This document shows, one piece after another, positions 50,170 to 60,920 of a stretch of DNA of 64,000 nt; positions within the stretch are counted from its first letter, which is position 1, and each line of letters begins with the position of its first letter. A program made the position numbers and the translations under genes. This DNA comes from Octopus vulgaris (lineage: Eukaryota), in the NCBI GenBank assembly GCA_951406725.2, contig OX597822.1, forward strand, positions 47,492,001 through 47,556,000, written 5' to 3'. Under the pieces are notes generated by a model. The model ran no database searches. It was not told the DNA's origin and saw only the letters and a program-made list of their open reading frames with translations.

Positions 50170-53100
50170 TTATTGTTTAAGATGTCTGTCACAGTGTTTC
50201 ATCAATAAAGATAAAGAATTAAATGTTTCTGAACAAAATATCCAATGACATTGCCAATTATTCCACTTAGCAATTTGTCCTTTCAAGTGTTCACTGTGCA
50301 AATGAAATCTCAAGTCTTCATAGAAACCAAATATTAACGTGCATTTGTTATATCTACAAACCCAACTTTTTGATGAGGAACCCTCGTGTAAATGAAAAGC
50401 CTCAACAAGGCCATAAAAGTTTCCACTGTAGATTCTCCTATCAGACACAGTCAAACAGGAGATGCTTTGTTTGCCTGCACCATAAAAGGAGAGTGGCTCT
50501 GTTTTGTCTAAGTCTGTCACTGATCCCCAATACACATTGATTAGTTTATCATGACTACCTGTCACAAGTATTTTATTGTCAACATAAAGACATGACACTG
50601 TGCCAGAATGACCCTGAATGCATTTTAAAAGGCTTCCTGATTCAATGTCATAGACAGCTAGTTTCCTATCTTCTGAACAGCTGTATATCAGGTTTTGAGA
50701 CACTTTGATTGAATAAAGTAGTCTTTGACAGGGCTGCAAGGTTTTCAAAAGAAGGCCTGATGATGCAGCGACGATAAGAATTGAAGCATCATAAGCACCG
50801 ACGCAAAGAATTTTGAGAGCCCCTTCGGTACAAGTGGCAAGACAATGAATTGGTTTAGTTCCGTATGATATATTACTGATTTCCTTCAAAGTCTTCACGT
50901 TTATCTTAGACACACCACCATCAGCAAGGCCAACAAAAAGATAATTCCATTTCTCATGAAAAGTGTAAATTTTTCTCATGAGATCAATTTTTGTCAGCAA
51001 CAGTCCAGTAATTTCATTAAATACAAGAAGCATTTCACTCGCACCACCAGAGAACACCTGTGGGTTTCCAATAGAAAATCCAGTCACTAACATACATTGG
51101 ACTGAAAATGGCTGACAGTCGTATTCTTTTATACAAATTGCAGTTTTAAGATCAAACTTCTGAGGTGAGTGTCCCTGATATGAAACATAGAGGTAATTCC
51201 CAAATATGGCACAACTTGTGACAGGACAATTGGGACCTTTGAAAACAGTATTAAAGGTAGACACACAATCAGAAACCGCTTCTTGGCTTTCAGTTGAAAA
51301 TTGATTTTGTAAAGTATCTGTGCTGGAACCTTTGGGTATAGTATTTAAGACTTGTCGAGGGTCTGTAGAAGATGGCAATTTATTTACAGTGTTATCAGTG
51401 CCATTATCTTCCGAACTGCTATCACCGTCAATTACAATCAGACTAACTGAAGAATCATCTATTGGTAACTCATCTGATGATTGTTCATTGCTGGGAATAA
51501 TTTCTGAGAGTTTTGAGTTGTTCTTTGCAGTATTTACATCTACACTTTCTATATATCTAGATCCTGAAGAATTATTCTTTGAGGATAAAGAGAGTGGCTT
51601 GATAGAAACTACAGGATTTAAACTGGCAGGCAGAACAAAATTGTTGGATTCATCAACATTTATAATGTAAGGAGAAGGTGGAGAAGGTTTAGCAATATGT
51701 GATGGAGATAAGTGGTTCTCAGTTTTCGTAGAAGTTTCACACGTTGAAGTAAATGGAGGTAAATTGGAGACATTTGCAACTGGCACCATGTCATCAGTTT
51801 GTCCCTGTGGGAAACATTTATTCATGGTAACATTCTGCTTCTTCCAACATTCTTTCAACTGTTCTACCAAATTATTAGACATGCTCCCTAAATATTTCAT
51901 CGACACATTACCTGAACATTTTTCAGGATCCACATTCTCAATACTAGACGAGTCTAATAAGTTTTTCATAGAAAGTGATGAAAAGAATTCTAATTCTTCA
52001 TCTGATTTCTCTTTGTCATTGTGGTTGGAAGGAATTGAATTTGGTTTCGCTGAATGGTTTGAGGTTGTGGTAGACTGCGATGATGTAGCACTCTGCTGAA
52101 CACAAGTAGTGGTGGCCACTTCAAGAACTGGTGAAGTTACTGGCAAATTACTTGAACTCTCTGACTTGCTGGCATTAACTAACCTATTTTCAGAAGGGAC
52201 TGGATTATCAGTGTTAGAACTAACTTCTTCAACACTGCTTTGACCCTTTTCGAAGCAGTTCACTTTCTGTTGGTTATCAATGTGGGAAAAAGCTGATGAG
52301 GAATCTTGGTTAAGTTCACCCAAACCAAATCCACCAAAGTCTGTCGGTGATTTTGGTTCTTCTTTAATGCTTACAAAGTTAAAGCCTGAATCAGAAACTG
52401 GTGGATTAGTTTCAATGGGTTCTGGAGAGATTGGCTCCGTTTTGATTTGAACATTGTTAAATGTGGAGGTCACTGGAAGTGTTGTTGGCTCAACAGAACC
52501 CTTATTTACCTCGGATTCACAATTTCCATCAACTTCCTTCTTCACACAACTTAAACTATGGCTGATTTCTGACACTTTTTTAGATAAGTCCGTTATGTTT
52601 GCTTGCACATTAACAGAACCTGATGTATTATTATTGTTAGAGTTGGTAAAAATACTATCAGAAATTTTCGATGATGATGACACACAAGACGGAGCTTTGA
52701 AATTACTGTGTTGTTGTGAAGGGAAAGAAAAGTGTAGAGATTTTGAAGATTTTAAGATATTCATTTCTTTTGTTGACATTAAAGGATCCTCCTGGTTGAA
52801 TTGGAAAATACTACCCTTTGGTCCTTTTTTCCCAGAAGAAATGTTATTTGGAATATCTGGTGGTTGCAAGGTATTGATCCCTACTTGAGAAAATATGCCA
52901 TGTGAACTTTCCTGTTGCTTTAGCGTATCTGAAAAGGGCTTTTGATTTTTAAACACACAGTCTTTTAATGCTTCGGGCACTTTCAGACCTTTGGTGACAT
53001 CTTTTGTTAACAAAAGATTTGCCATAATTTTCTTTTGTGAAACAGAGCTTGACTGGTGAGGTTTCTGTTGTGTGAAAGAACCTGGACAATTCATTTGGGG

Positions 53101-56100
53101 TTTGTTGAACACTGACTCAGTTTGGTTTCCTTTTGCTAACAGAGCAGCCAGCATGGGTTGTTTTTGTTGTGCTGTGGTTAGCATGCCAGTATTTTCTAAC
53201 ACAGCAGCAGGTCTAAATGTTTCTTGTGCCGTTGTCCCATCTTGTTGCATACCAAATAGCTGTTCATTAGATGATTCTGGTGGTACTGAGCTGTTTTGGT
53301 ATGTTCCCTCAGAAGCCAAGTGAGATCTCAACAAGTGATTAATTAATTCACTGTTACTGCGATTAGTGTCTCCCATAGCTTCCTTGAGAATGCCTATGCG
53401 CATTTTTCGAATGTTTTGCTCTTCTTTCATGAGGCCCAGAAGTTCATCTTTACAGGCTTGCTGAGCAATCTTTGAATCTTCAATTAATTTCTCCAAGTAA
53501 GAGATTCTTTGATTTAAATTACTGATGTTACCGCATACCTCTTCCTCTTGCAGAGTTAACAAATAGACCTGGTTGAAAACATCAGGTGTCTGGCTGTTTG
53601 GTTCCACTGTGTTCTCCACTGCAACATTCTGGTTGACTATTTTGGATGAGTTACTTGCAGCAGCAGCAGTAGTAGATGTAGTGGTAGTTATTGTTGAAAT
53701 AGCAGTATTGGTTGTTGTCGTAGGGGTACAGATGGTAGCACAACTTGATGGAGGTGTTTGCTGTGCATTTTTGGACAAAGATTTCTTAGTAGTTTTAGAC
53801 TTTACCGCAGAACTCTTGGGGCTTTTTTTGTTTCCTGCTGAAAGTGAGGACTTTTTACTTGCAGAACTAAAGTTTGATTGATCAAGAGTGAATAAAGGTT
53901 GTAAAGGATCTGATACTGTGGTTGGTACGAGACCCATCTGTATATTTGCTTGACTAGTTTTTGTCATTAACTGGTCTGAATTGGAAAATGTCTCTGTATT
54001 TCCTAATTCATCCATGTTCTCTTTCTTAATCAACATTGTTATTTGTTCCTCTAAGCCCTCAGGTAAGTTCAACTTTTCATTGTTTTCCTCTTGGTTGGCA
54101 CTGTTATAGACACTAGACAGCTGCATGGTCAACCTTGGTACTGCTGATCTCTTGTTTTGAGTCTTTGTGTAGGACTTCATTACAGAACTTAAATGCATCT
54201 TTTCCTTGTGGTTTAAGCAAGAAAGTTTGGTCATTTTTACCAGTTCTTCCTTGCCGACATTTTTACTAAGCTGTTGTTTCTCCACAGTTGCTGAATCGGG
54301 CTTTGCTGGAGTCATTTCTTCTGAATGATTTGAACGTTCTTGTAAACTGGAAACAGTTGAGAAATTACTTGCAGTTTCAACCTTTTTCCCTGAATTTTTT
54401 GTAGCATCTGGATTCAAGTTTTGATTTTTCTCAGAAATGCTCATTTCCTTACTTGTAGAACATTTTAGTTTTTTCAAGAGATTAGGTTTCCCCGAAACTG
54501 CAAAATATTCCGAAGAAAGAGTCCTTTTCCTTGCCACACCACTAACTGCAGTTTCACTCAAAGAACCAGTTGGTTTACAAGTTGTAAGGTCTATGCTACT
54601 TGAAGAAAAATTTGGTTTCATTTCAATTGATTTTGTTGTCTTGGAGTCAGACTCCTTAGAGTCAGGTGACTTGATTATCAGTCCACTGTTTTCAGAACTT
54701 TGAGACAAAGAATTACAAATTTCTAAGTTTTTACTATTTTTGGTAGCTACCACAGTAACACAAGGTATATTGGGTGAATTATTACTATTTTCAGAAGTTT
54801 CCACAGTATTACTGAGTATATTAGGTGAATATTTACTATTCTGGGATGTTTGCACAGCCTCACTAACTATACTGGATGAATTGTTAATGTTATTGGTTGT
54901 TTCCATAGCTTCACTAGGTACAGAGGGTGAATTGTGACTATCTTTGGACGTTTCCATAGCATCATTGGGTACAGAGGGTGAAAGTAATAAGTTTTCACTC
55001 TGCACTTTGATAGTTTTATCATTTGATTCTGTTTCCATCTGAGAAACACAAAAGCTGTTTTGATTAAGCGCTTTTGACTTATCACCCAGGTTGTCTTTAA
55101 CAGCTTCAAATGACTTGATGACCTTTGAAGGAATGGCTTTTAAAACAGATTCAGGTTGTGCTCTGGAGGGAACTTTCAAGGGTGATAATTGTAGAGGTCT
55201 TAAATGTTTTTTTTGGGTGTTTGATGTTTTTAAAGGTCTGTTTTTAGTTGTGAACTTAGATGATCTGAAGACTCTAGTTTGGACACGTGATAAAGAGGAA
55301 TGTTGAGAACTATTATTATTATCTTTCATGAACCCTGCTGTCAGTTTATTTGTAAATACTTTATCTCCTTTGTCATTTGTGGCATTAATCAAATTCAACC
55401 GGACAATGTCTAAGTTATTTTTCTGAAAATCCTCCTCTAAAAACAGTCCTTGTCTAAAGCCAGAAGGGGTTGTAACAATCATTTTTTTCTTAGATCTTGG
55501 GGCTAATACACTTCTGGATAAACTCTGTTTGCTATCTTTCACCAATTCCTTTTTAGAGTGGGAGCTACTCTCAGGAAGCCGATTGGCTGACAAGCTTTGG
55601 TCATTCGTGGATGAACTGCTTGGGATATCTACTTTATCTTTCTTAATTTTCTTTTTCTTCATCATGGCATTTTTTTTGCCAACAAAATCCTCATTTTGTT
55701 TGACTGGATGAACTTTAAAAAATTCCTGGTCTACCACAGCCACATTCGTGTTACCACCACCACCACCACCAACCACAGAATTGCTCTCATTACAATTCAA
55801 ATTTATTCTCTCCTCACTAAAATGGACACCAGGTCTCATGGGATTCTCTCTTACATATTGGTCACCATGGCCTATCCCTGGCGGATACCTTTGATATGGC
55901 TGTGGCAAATGTTTACGACTGTTTAAAGGAGAGATGTAAGGTTTTAAGTGGGAAAAGGGGTAATTTAAATGCCAACTCTCATTTGGCATAAGAAAAGGTG
56001 GAACAGTTGTCTTCAAAGGCAACATAGAGGAAGGTTTTGTACTCTCAGATATTTTTTTCTCTCGTAATTTTGTCAGTGCTTTTTTGTGTCTGAGTTCATT

Positions 56101-56298
56101 CAAATGCTGGCCATATTGAACTAAATTATTTGAGGAAGCCTGGCACAGACAACACAGATGTTCTGGGGGTTTTTGTTTCTGCTCCAATCTGACATGATGC
56201 ATCAAAGACCAAAGATGCTCCCGCAGCTCCAGCTGACTTGCATAGGACAGCTTGCAAATCACACAACGGAACGAGGAGACCTTTGTTGAGTCACTCAT
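50170..56298 (-). CDS. ZNF106: Zinc finger protein 106-like (two N-terminal C2H2, long low-complexity region with coiled coil, WD40 propeller, two C-terminal C2H2), single coding exon
   Basis: Uninterrupted 2042-aa ORF: CVICK..EHLWSLMH and CCLCQ..QHLNELRH; coiled coil LTLQEEEV..MRIGILK; WD40s (GAYDASI, GHSGTVSCL, TGSHDKLI); CRYNKCTLIFG..HLHSEH and CHWIFC..KHCDRH. Architecture matches ZNF106/ZFP106. Confidence 0.88.
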   Translation of the reverse strand: MSDSTKVSSFRCVICKLSYASQLELREHLWSLMHHVRLEQKQKPPEHLCCLCQASSNNLVQYGQHLNELRHKKALTKLREKKISESTKPSSMLPLKTTVPPFLMPNESWHLNYPFSHLKPYISPLNSRKHLPQPYQRYPPGIGHGDQYVRENPMRPGVHFSEERINLNCNESNSVVGGGGGGNTNVAVVDQEFFKVHPVKQNEDFVGKKNAMMKKKKIKKDKVDIPSSSSTNDQSLSANRLPESSSHSKKELVKDSKQSLSRSVLAPRSKKKMIVTTPSGFRQGLFLEEDFQKNNLDIVRLNLINATNDKGDKVFTNKLTAGFMKDNNNSSQHSSLSRVQTRVFRSSKFTTKNRPLKTSNTQKKHLRPLQLSPLKVPSRAQPESVLKAIPSKVIKSFEAVKDNLGDKSKALNQNSFCVSQMETESNDKTIKVQSENLLLSPSVPNDAMETSKDSHNSPSVPSEAMETTNNINNSSSIVSEAVQTSQNSKYSPNILSNTVETSENSNNSPNIPCVTVVATKNSKNLEICNSLSQSSENSGLIIKSPDSKESDSKTTKSIEMKPNFSSSSIDLTTCKPTGSLSETAVSGVARKRTLSSEYFAVSGKPNLLKKLKCSTSKEMSISEKNQNLNPDATKNSGKKVETASNFSTVSSLQERSNHSEEMTPAKPDSATVEKQQLSKNVGKEELVKMTKLSCLNHKEKMHLSSVMKSYTKTQNKRSAVPRLTMQLSSVYNSANQEENNEKLNLPEGLEEQITMLIKKENMDELGNTETFSNSDQLMTKTSQANIQMGLVPTTVSDPLQPLFTLDQSNFSSASKKSSLSAGNKKSPKSSAVKSKTTKKSLSKNAQQTPPSSCATICTPTTTTNTAISTITTTTSTTAAAASNSSKIVNQNVAVENTVEPNSQTPDVFNQVYLLTLQEEEVCGNISNLNQRISYLEKLIEDSKIAQQACKDELLGLMKEEQNIRKMRIGILKEAMGDTNRSNSELINHLLRSHLASEGTYQNSSVPPESSNEQLFGMQQDGTTAQETFRPAAVLENTGMLTTAQQKQPMLAALLAKGNQTESVFNKPQMNCPGSFTQQKPHQSSSVSQKKIMANLLLTKDVTKGLKVPEALKDCVFKNQKPFSDTLKQQESSHGIFSQVGINTLQPPDIPNNISSGKKGPKGSIFQFNQEDPLMSTKEMNILKSSKSLHFSFPSQQHSNFKAPSCVSSSSKISDSIFTNSNNNNTSGSVNVQANITDLSKKVSEISHSLSCVKKEVDGNCESEVNKGSVEPTTLPVTSTFNNVQIKTEPISPEPIETNPPVSDSGFNFVSIKEEPKSPTDFGGFGLGELNQDSSSAFSHIDNQQKVNCFEKGQSSVEEVSSNTDNPVPSENRLVNASKSESSSNLPVTSPVLEVATTTCVQQSATSSQSTTTSNHSAKPNSIPSNHNDKEKSDEELEFFSSLSMKNLLDSSSIENVDPEKCSGNVSMKYLGSMSNNLVEQLKECWKKQNVTMNKCFPQGQTDDMVPVANVSNLPPFTSTCETSTKTENHLSPSHIAKPSPPSPYIINVDESNNFVLPASLNPVVSIKPLSLSSKNNSSGSRYIESVDVNTAKNNSKLSEIIPSNEQSSDELPIDDSSVSLIVIDGDSSSEDNGTDNTVNKLPSSTDPRQVLNTIPKGSSTDTLQNQFSTESQEAVSDCVSTFNTVFKGPNCPVTSCAIFGNYLYVSYQGHSPQKFDLKTAICIKEYDCQPFSVQCMLVTGFSIGNPQVFSGGASEMLLVFNEITGLLLTKIDLMRKIYTFHEKWNYLFVGLADGGVSKINVKTLKEISNISYGTKPIHCLATCTEGALKILCVGAYDASILIVAASSGLLLKTLQPCQRLLYSIKVSQNLIYSCSEDRKLAVYDIESGSLLKCIQGHSGTVSCLYVDNKILVTGSHDKLINVYWGSVTDLDKTEPLSFYGAGKQSISCLTVSDRRIYSGNFYGLVEAFHLHEGSSSKSWVCRYNKCTLIFGFYEDLRFHLHSEHLKGQIAKWNNWQCHWIFCSETFNSLSLLMKHCDRHLKQ

Positions 56299-56360
56299 GT
56301 TTCTTCTTACAATGGGTTCACATCAGATTTCCTGGTGAGAAAGAAAAATATAGATTTAAC
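56299..56360 (-). other. 3' splice acceptor of a 5'UTR intron plus 33-nt UTR part of the ZNF106-like coding exon
   Basis: Minus strand atttttctttctcaccag|gaaatctga...aaacATG; in-frame TGA upstream of the ATG. The upstream non-coding exon was not located. Confidence 0.7.
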
Positions 56361-57261
56361 TACAAGTGTTATGTATATGTATGAGTATATATAAATATAT
56401 GAATATATATAGGCATATATATGTACACACACATATATATACGTGTATGTATGTGTATATATATATATATCATCATCATCATCATCATCGTTTAACGTCC
56501 GTTTTCCGCGTGTATATATGCATGTATGTATATATATATGTGTGTGTGTGTGTGTGCGCGTATTTTTCTTTTGTTAACAATTAATGCAGAAAAAATAGAT
56601 AAATAGTAACCCGGGTAGCAAAAAAAAAAAAATCACACTAGTAAAAAGGTTGTAACTCCTTGTTTTTAAAGGTAGAAACTTCGAGTTTATGTGAAATATT
56701 GTGTATAATATATATATATATATATAAATAAATAAATGGAGTTAAATGCAGGTATTATTAAAATTCTTTTACTTCCAACACATGTTTTGAAGATATCACT
56801 GGTATTATTCCAAAGGAATAAAATGGTGTAAAACAATGTAATCTTCTCTTTAGGGAAATGAAGAAATGAAACTCGTCAATAAGACATTTTAACAGAAAAT
56901 GATGGAAATGTATAGTGATTAACAGAACGCTTTTAAGTTTGTTTCAAAAAAACGTTAAAGGATATAATGTCAAAGGTAGCCTATAGAAAGAGGAGGGGTC
57001 TATATAAAGGTGGTGAGTCATTAGCATGCTGGATGAAATGTTTAGTGGAATTTTGCCCATTGCTACGTTCTGAGTTGAAATTCCACTTAAGTTGATTTTG
57101 CCTTTCGTCCTTTTGGGGTCAATAAATAAGTACCAGTGAAACACTGGGTTTGATGTAATCGACTAGTCCCCTTCCCACAAATCCGAGGCCTTGTGCTTCC
57201 AGTAGAAAGGATATATATATATATATATATATATATATCCTTTCTACTGGCAGCACAAGGC

Positions 57262-58930
57262 CGGGCCCCAACTATACGAACCTGTTCGTTGGCTACGTTG
57301 AGGCCCAAATATTCTCCAGTTTTACTGGTCCCACTCCCTAACTATACAGCCGTTATAGACTCCTTCCTCTCTTTTGTTAAATCTTTCCATCCTGCCCTCC
57401 ACCATCTCTGATACCTCTGTCTCCTTTCTTGACATTTCGGTTAGCATTCATCACTCCACTCTCACCACCTCCAATCACTACGAACACACACTCATACCTA
57501 AACTTCTCCTCCTCCCACCCTAAACACACCAAGCTTTCCATCCCCTATTCCTCTGTCTATGCAGGCTCTGTAGTGACGACCATGACTTTGAGACTCAGTC
57601 TCAACTCATGGCTCGCCACTTCATCCTATGTAGATATCCCCTCACCACTATCCACACCACCCTTGCCAAAGCACGTTCTGAGGACCGTGCATCTGTTCTC
57701 TCCCACCGAATCCACCCCACCTCTCCAACGCACCAGTCTCCGAGCCTTCTGGCGACTCCAGTCTGACCCCACCACTTTGCACATCTTCCCTAACTGACCC
57801 TATCCCCTCCTTCAAATGAGCCCACTACCTACGAGACCTCTTTGTCCACAGCTTCTTCCCCAACCCTACATCCCAACCTGGCTCGTTCCCTTGCTCCCAC
57901 CCATGCTGCTGCACTTGCCCATACCTCTCCAACACCACGCTCCTCACTGGCACCTATCATCGACCTTATCACATCACCGACTCCTTCACCTGCACTTCTA
58001 CCAATATCATCTACGGCACCTCCTGCTCTCTCTGCTCTTCTCTATACATCGGGCAAATGGGACACCGCTTGGCTGACGGGTTCGTGGAACACTTCTGAGA
58101 CATCTGACTCGGCAATGACACCCCGGTCTCATGTCATTTCCGCAATACCGGTCACTCTTTGCAACACTTGTCCCATGTTCGGATTGTCCTTGCACAAGGG
58201 CCATCCAGACTCCTGTTTGTACTGTGAACAGGAATTAATTTTCTCTCTTCGCTCCTATGTGCCTCATGGGCACAACTCTCCTCCTCTCGCCTCTCTCCCC
58301 CTCACACCTACCTCCTCCCACCCACCTCTCTTTTCTTGCTCCGACTCCTACTTCTTCTCTTCACTCCTATCCACCTTCTCTGTTCCCCTTCATAATCACC
58401 CCTCCATTGTAAGCCCACCCACCCTTACACATTCCAACCCCACCTTTCCTATCATTCCCATCCCTCACACCCACTCCCACATACTCCACTTCTACCTCCA
58501 CCCTTGCTTTCCCCATCTCCCAACACCATCACACCACTATGCCACACAAAACATCACATCACCACATACACACCAGCACTGACCACTTCCCAGCCCCACA
58601 TTTTCACACCTACACATACACACGCATTAAGATCATCAGCCCTCTTCCACATGCATAAAATCTCTTATACACACGCACCTTTGTTTTGGGATCACCACTA
58701 CTTTATTATCTTCCCTTCTTCCTAGCTCTCCAGTGTGACCCTTCTGTTCGGCATTCACCAAGATAGATCGCTAGCCACTACACATTCTTTATTTTCTCTC
58801 CTTGTTTCTTTCTGTGGAAGAGCACAGGCTCGAAACATTAAAGACTTTTTCACTTCCCGAGCGTTATACTAATACATCTGTTTGTTGTCTACACCACCTG
58901 TCTATCTTTTGTTTTTCTGTGAATTCTCCC
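57262..58930 (+). mobile_element. Penelope-like element (partial RT + GIY-YIG), decayed, with C-rich 3' region and hammerhead-like tail
   Basis: GPNYTNLFVGYVEAQI, SFVKSFHPAL, HSYLNFSSSHPKHTKLSIPYS; GIY-YIG FTCTSTNIIYGTSCSLCSSLYIGQMGHRLADGFVEH near 57985-58093; ctgtggaagagcacaggctcgaaac at 58812. Confidence 0.88.
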
Positions 58931-58962
58931 CCTATATATATACATATACATATATATATATA

Positions 58963-59372
58963 TTACATATAAAGCTGAAGTTGTCTGTGTGTGTGTGTGG
59001 CAGGTTTGGTAGCCTTCAACTAACACTATCTCCTCCGAGACCCTGCAGCACAAGTTGACCAAAATTGAGAGTATGATAGAATATTCAAATCGGACCATGT
59101 TAAGACTAAAAATTATTTACATCAAAAAGGTGCTTTTTTTCTATGAAAATCCATATTTTTTACGATTTTTTGACTGCTGTGTTACCACTTTTCAGTGTAT
59201 TTCAACCAGAAAAATGTTCACTTAAAGAGAATAACAAGCTACATAATGCAAAATTTTTACTTTTCAAAAAAAATTGAAACTATGTCAAAACTTTGCTAAC
59301 ATGACATCGAAATCTGCCATTTTAAGCGGACCTAAAAAAACAAACCTGAGCAATGCCAGGCTATACTGCTAG
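58963..59372 (+). mobile_element. Non-autonomous Helitron-like element
   Basis: Ends acctgagcaatgccaggctatactgCTAG|T, the same terminus as 546-940 but with a different interior. Confidence 0.65.
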
Positions 59373-59406
<34 letters not shown>

Positions 59407-60124
59407 TACACACACACATATATATACATATGTATACACATACACACACATATACATACCCACAGCCATATGTACATATGCAAACACATAAATGAATGGA
59501 GAAAGTCAGTTTCAAGAATAATGGCGATTCAATTAATTCCTCAGTTTAACTCTCTGCTGCCTATTCATAGAATCTGCATGCAAACAGCAAAGCACTCTAT
59601 CCACGTATCATTAGAGTCTCTTGTAGTCTTCTTTCAGTCATGAAGAATTTCACATTAGGCGCTTTCATCATCATCATCATCATTTAATGTCCACCTTCCA
59701 TGCTGGCATGGGTGGGACAGTTTGACAAGAGCTGGCCAGGCAAAAGCCTTCTGCACCAGACTTCTGTGACTGTTTTGGTAAGGTTTTTACAGCTGGATGC
59801 CCTTCCAAATGTCAACCACTCAGCAGAGTGGACTTAGTGCTTTTTATGTGGCACAAGAATAAGCGAGGTCAGTTTTGGTAAAGTTTTTATAGCTGGATGC
59901 CCTTCCAAATGCCAACCACTTTACAGTGTAGACTTGATGCTTTTTAAATGGCACCTGCACTGACAGGGTCACCAAGTACTTGCAAGACCCCTGACAGAAA
60001 AAAAATCTTTTGAGAGGGGAAGGTTCATTGGAGGAGGTGATCTTGTGTCAGATGATGAAAAGTTATAGTGAGGCAGAGAGACAGAAACAGGTGTCTTGCT
60101 GTAGAAGAGGTACAAGGGTGGGTG

Positions 60125-60164
<40 letters not shown>

Positions 60165-60639
60165 ACAAGGTGAACTTGGTGTTGATGTGACAGAAAAAGG
60201 AGTTAGTATATTCTGCAAAGTGATGGGTATTACAAAGAGCATCAAGCTGTATAAACTGTGTCAAAATTGAAGCCCTTCTGCGGGTTTGCAGTCCCCTGAA
60301 TTGTTGTCAAATAACTGGCATTGTTAATTACGAGTGTTCCAGTTGATCCAATCAACAGAACAACTTGTTCTTGAAATTAACATGCAAGTGGCTGAGCATT
60401 CCACAGACATGCATACCCTTAAACGTAGTTCTCAGGAGGGAATTTGAGCATGACACAGAATGTGAGGAGGCTGGTCCTTTGAAATACAGGCACAACTTCT
60501 TCAAACTGTCGGATACTGTTGAACTGTGCAACCCAAGTCAGAACAAAAAGCACAGGCAAAACAATGCTGATGCACAACACTTCTTCTAGAATTATTTGGA
60601 GTCACACAAAATGTAGGATTGTTCAGGTTCTCTGAAAGA

Positions 60640-60920
60640 TGCAAGGAGTACAAGGATGAGTCGTTGTCTCATTTGCATTTCTACACATAAATATGTAAGA
60701 GAGGGGACCTTGCTGGTTTGGTCCCATGGTGCATGTGGATGAGGACAGCTGCCTGAAGAAGTGCCAGTCACTTGAAGTAGATGGAACTTGTGCGAGAGAG
60801 AGAGCCCCAGGAAGACGGTTTGAAGTAGTGAAGGCAGACCCCAAAATACTGATTCTCATGGAGAAGATGATAAAGGACCGAGATGATTAGCAATAGGCTG
60901 TGCTTGAGAAGGCTTGTCCT
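60640..60920 (+). mobile_element. RTE LINE 3' remnant
   Basis: Degenerate match to 17075-17290 (MDEDSCLKKCQSLEVDG..PRK). Confidence 0.65.

Noticed and set aside
51320-55926. Plus-strand ORFs overlapping the ZNF106-like gene
   Set aside because: Antisense shadows of a Ser/Thr/Asn-rich coding strand
57842-58582. 246-aa Pro/Ser/His-rich ORF (also 61058-61647)
   Set aside because: Off-frame read of C-rich repeat sequence lacking stops; the true Penelope frame is broken
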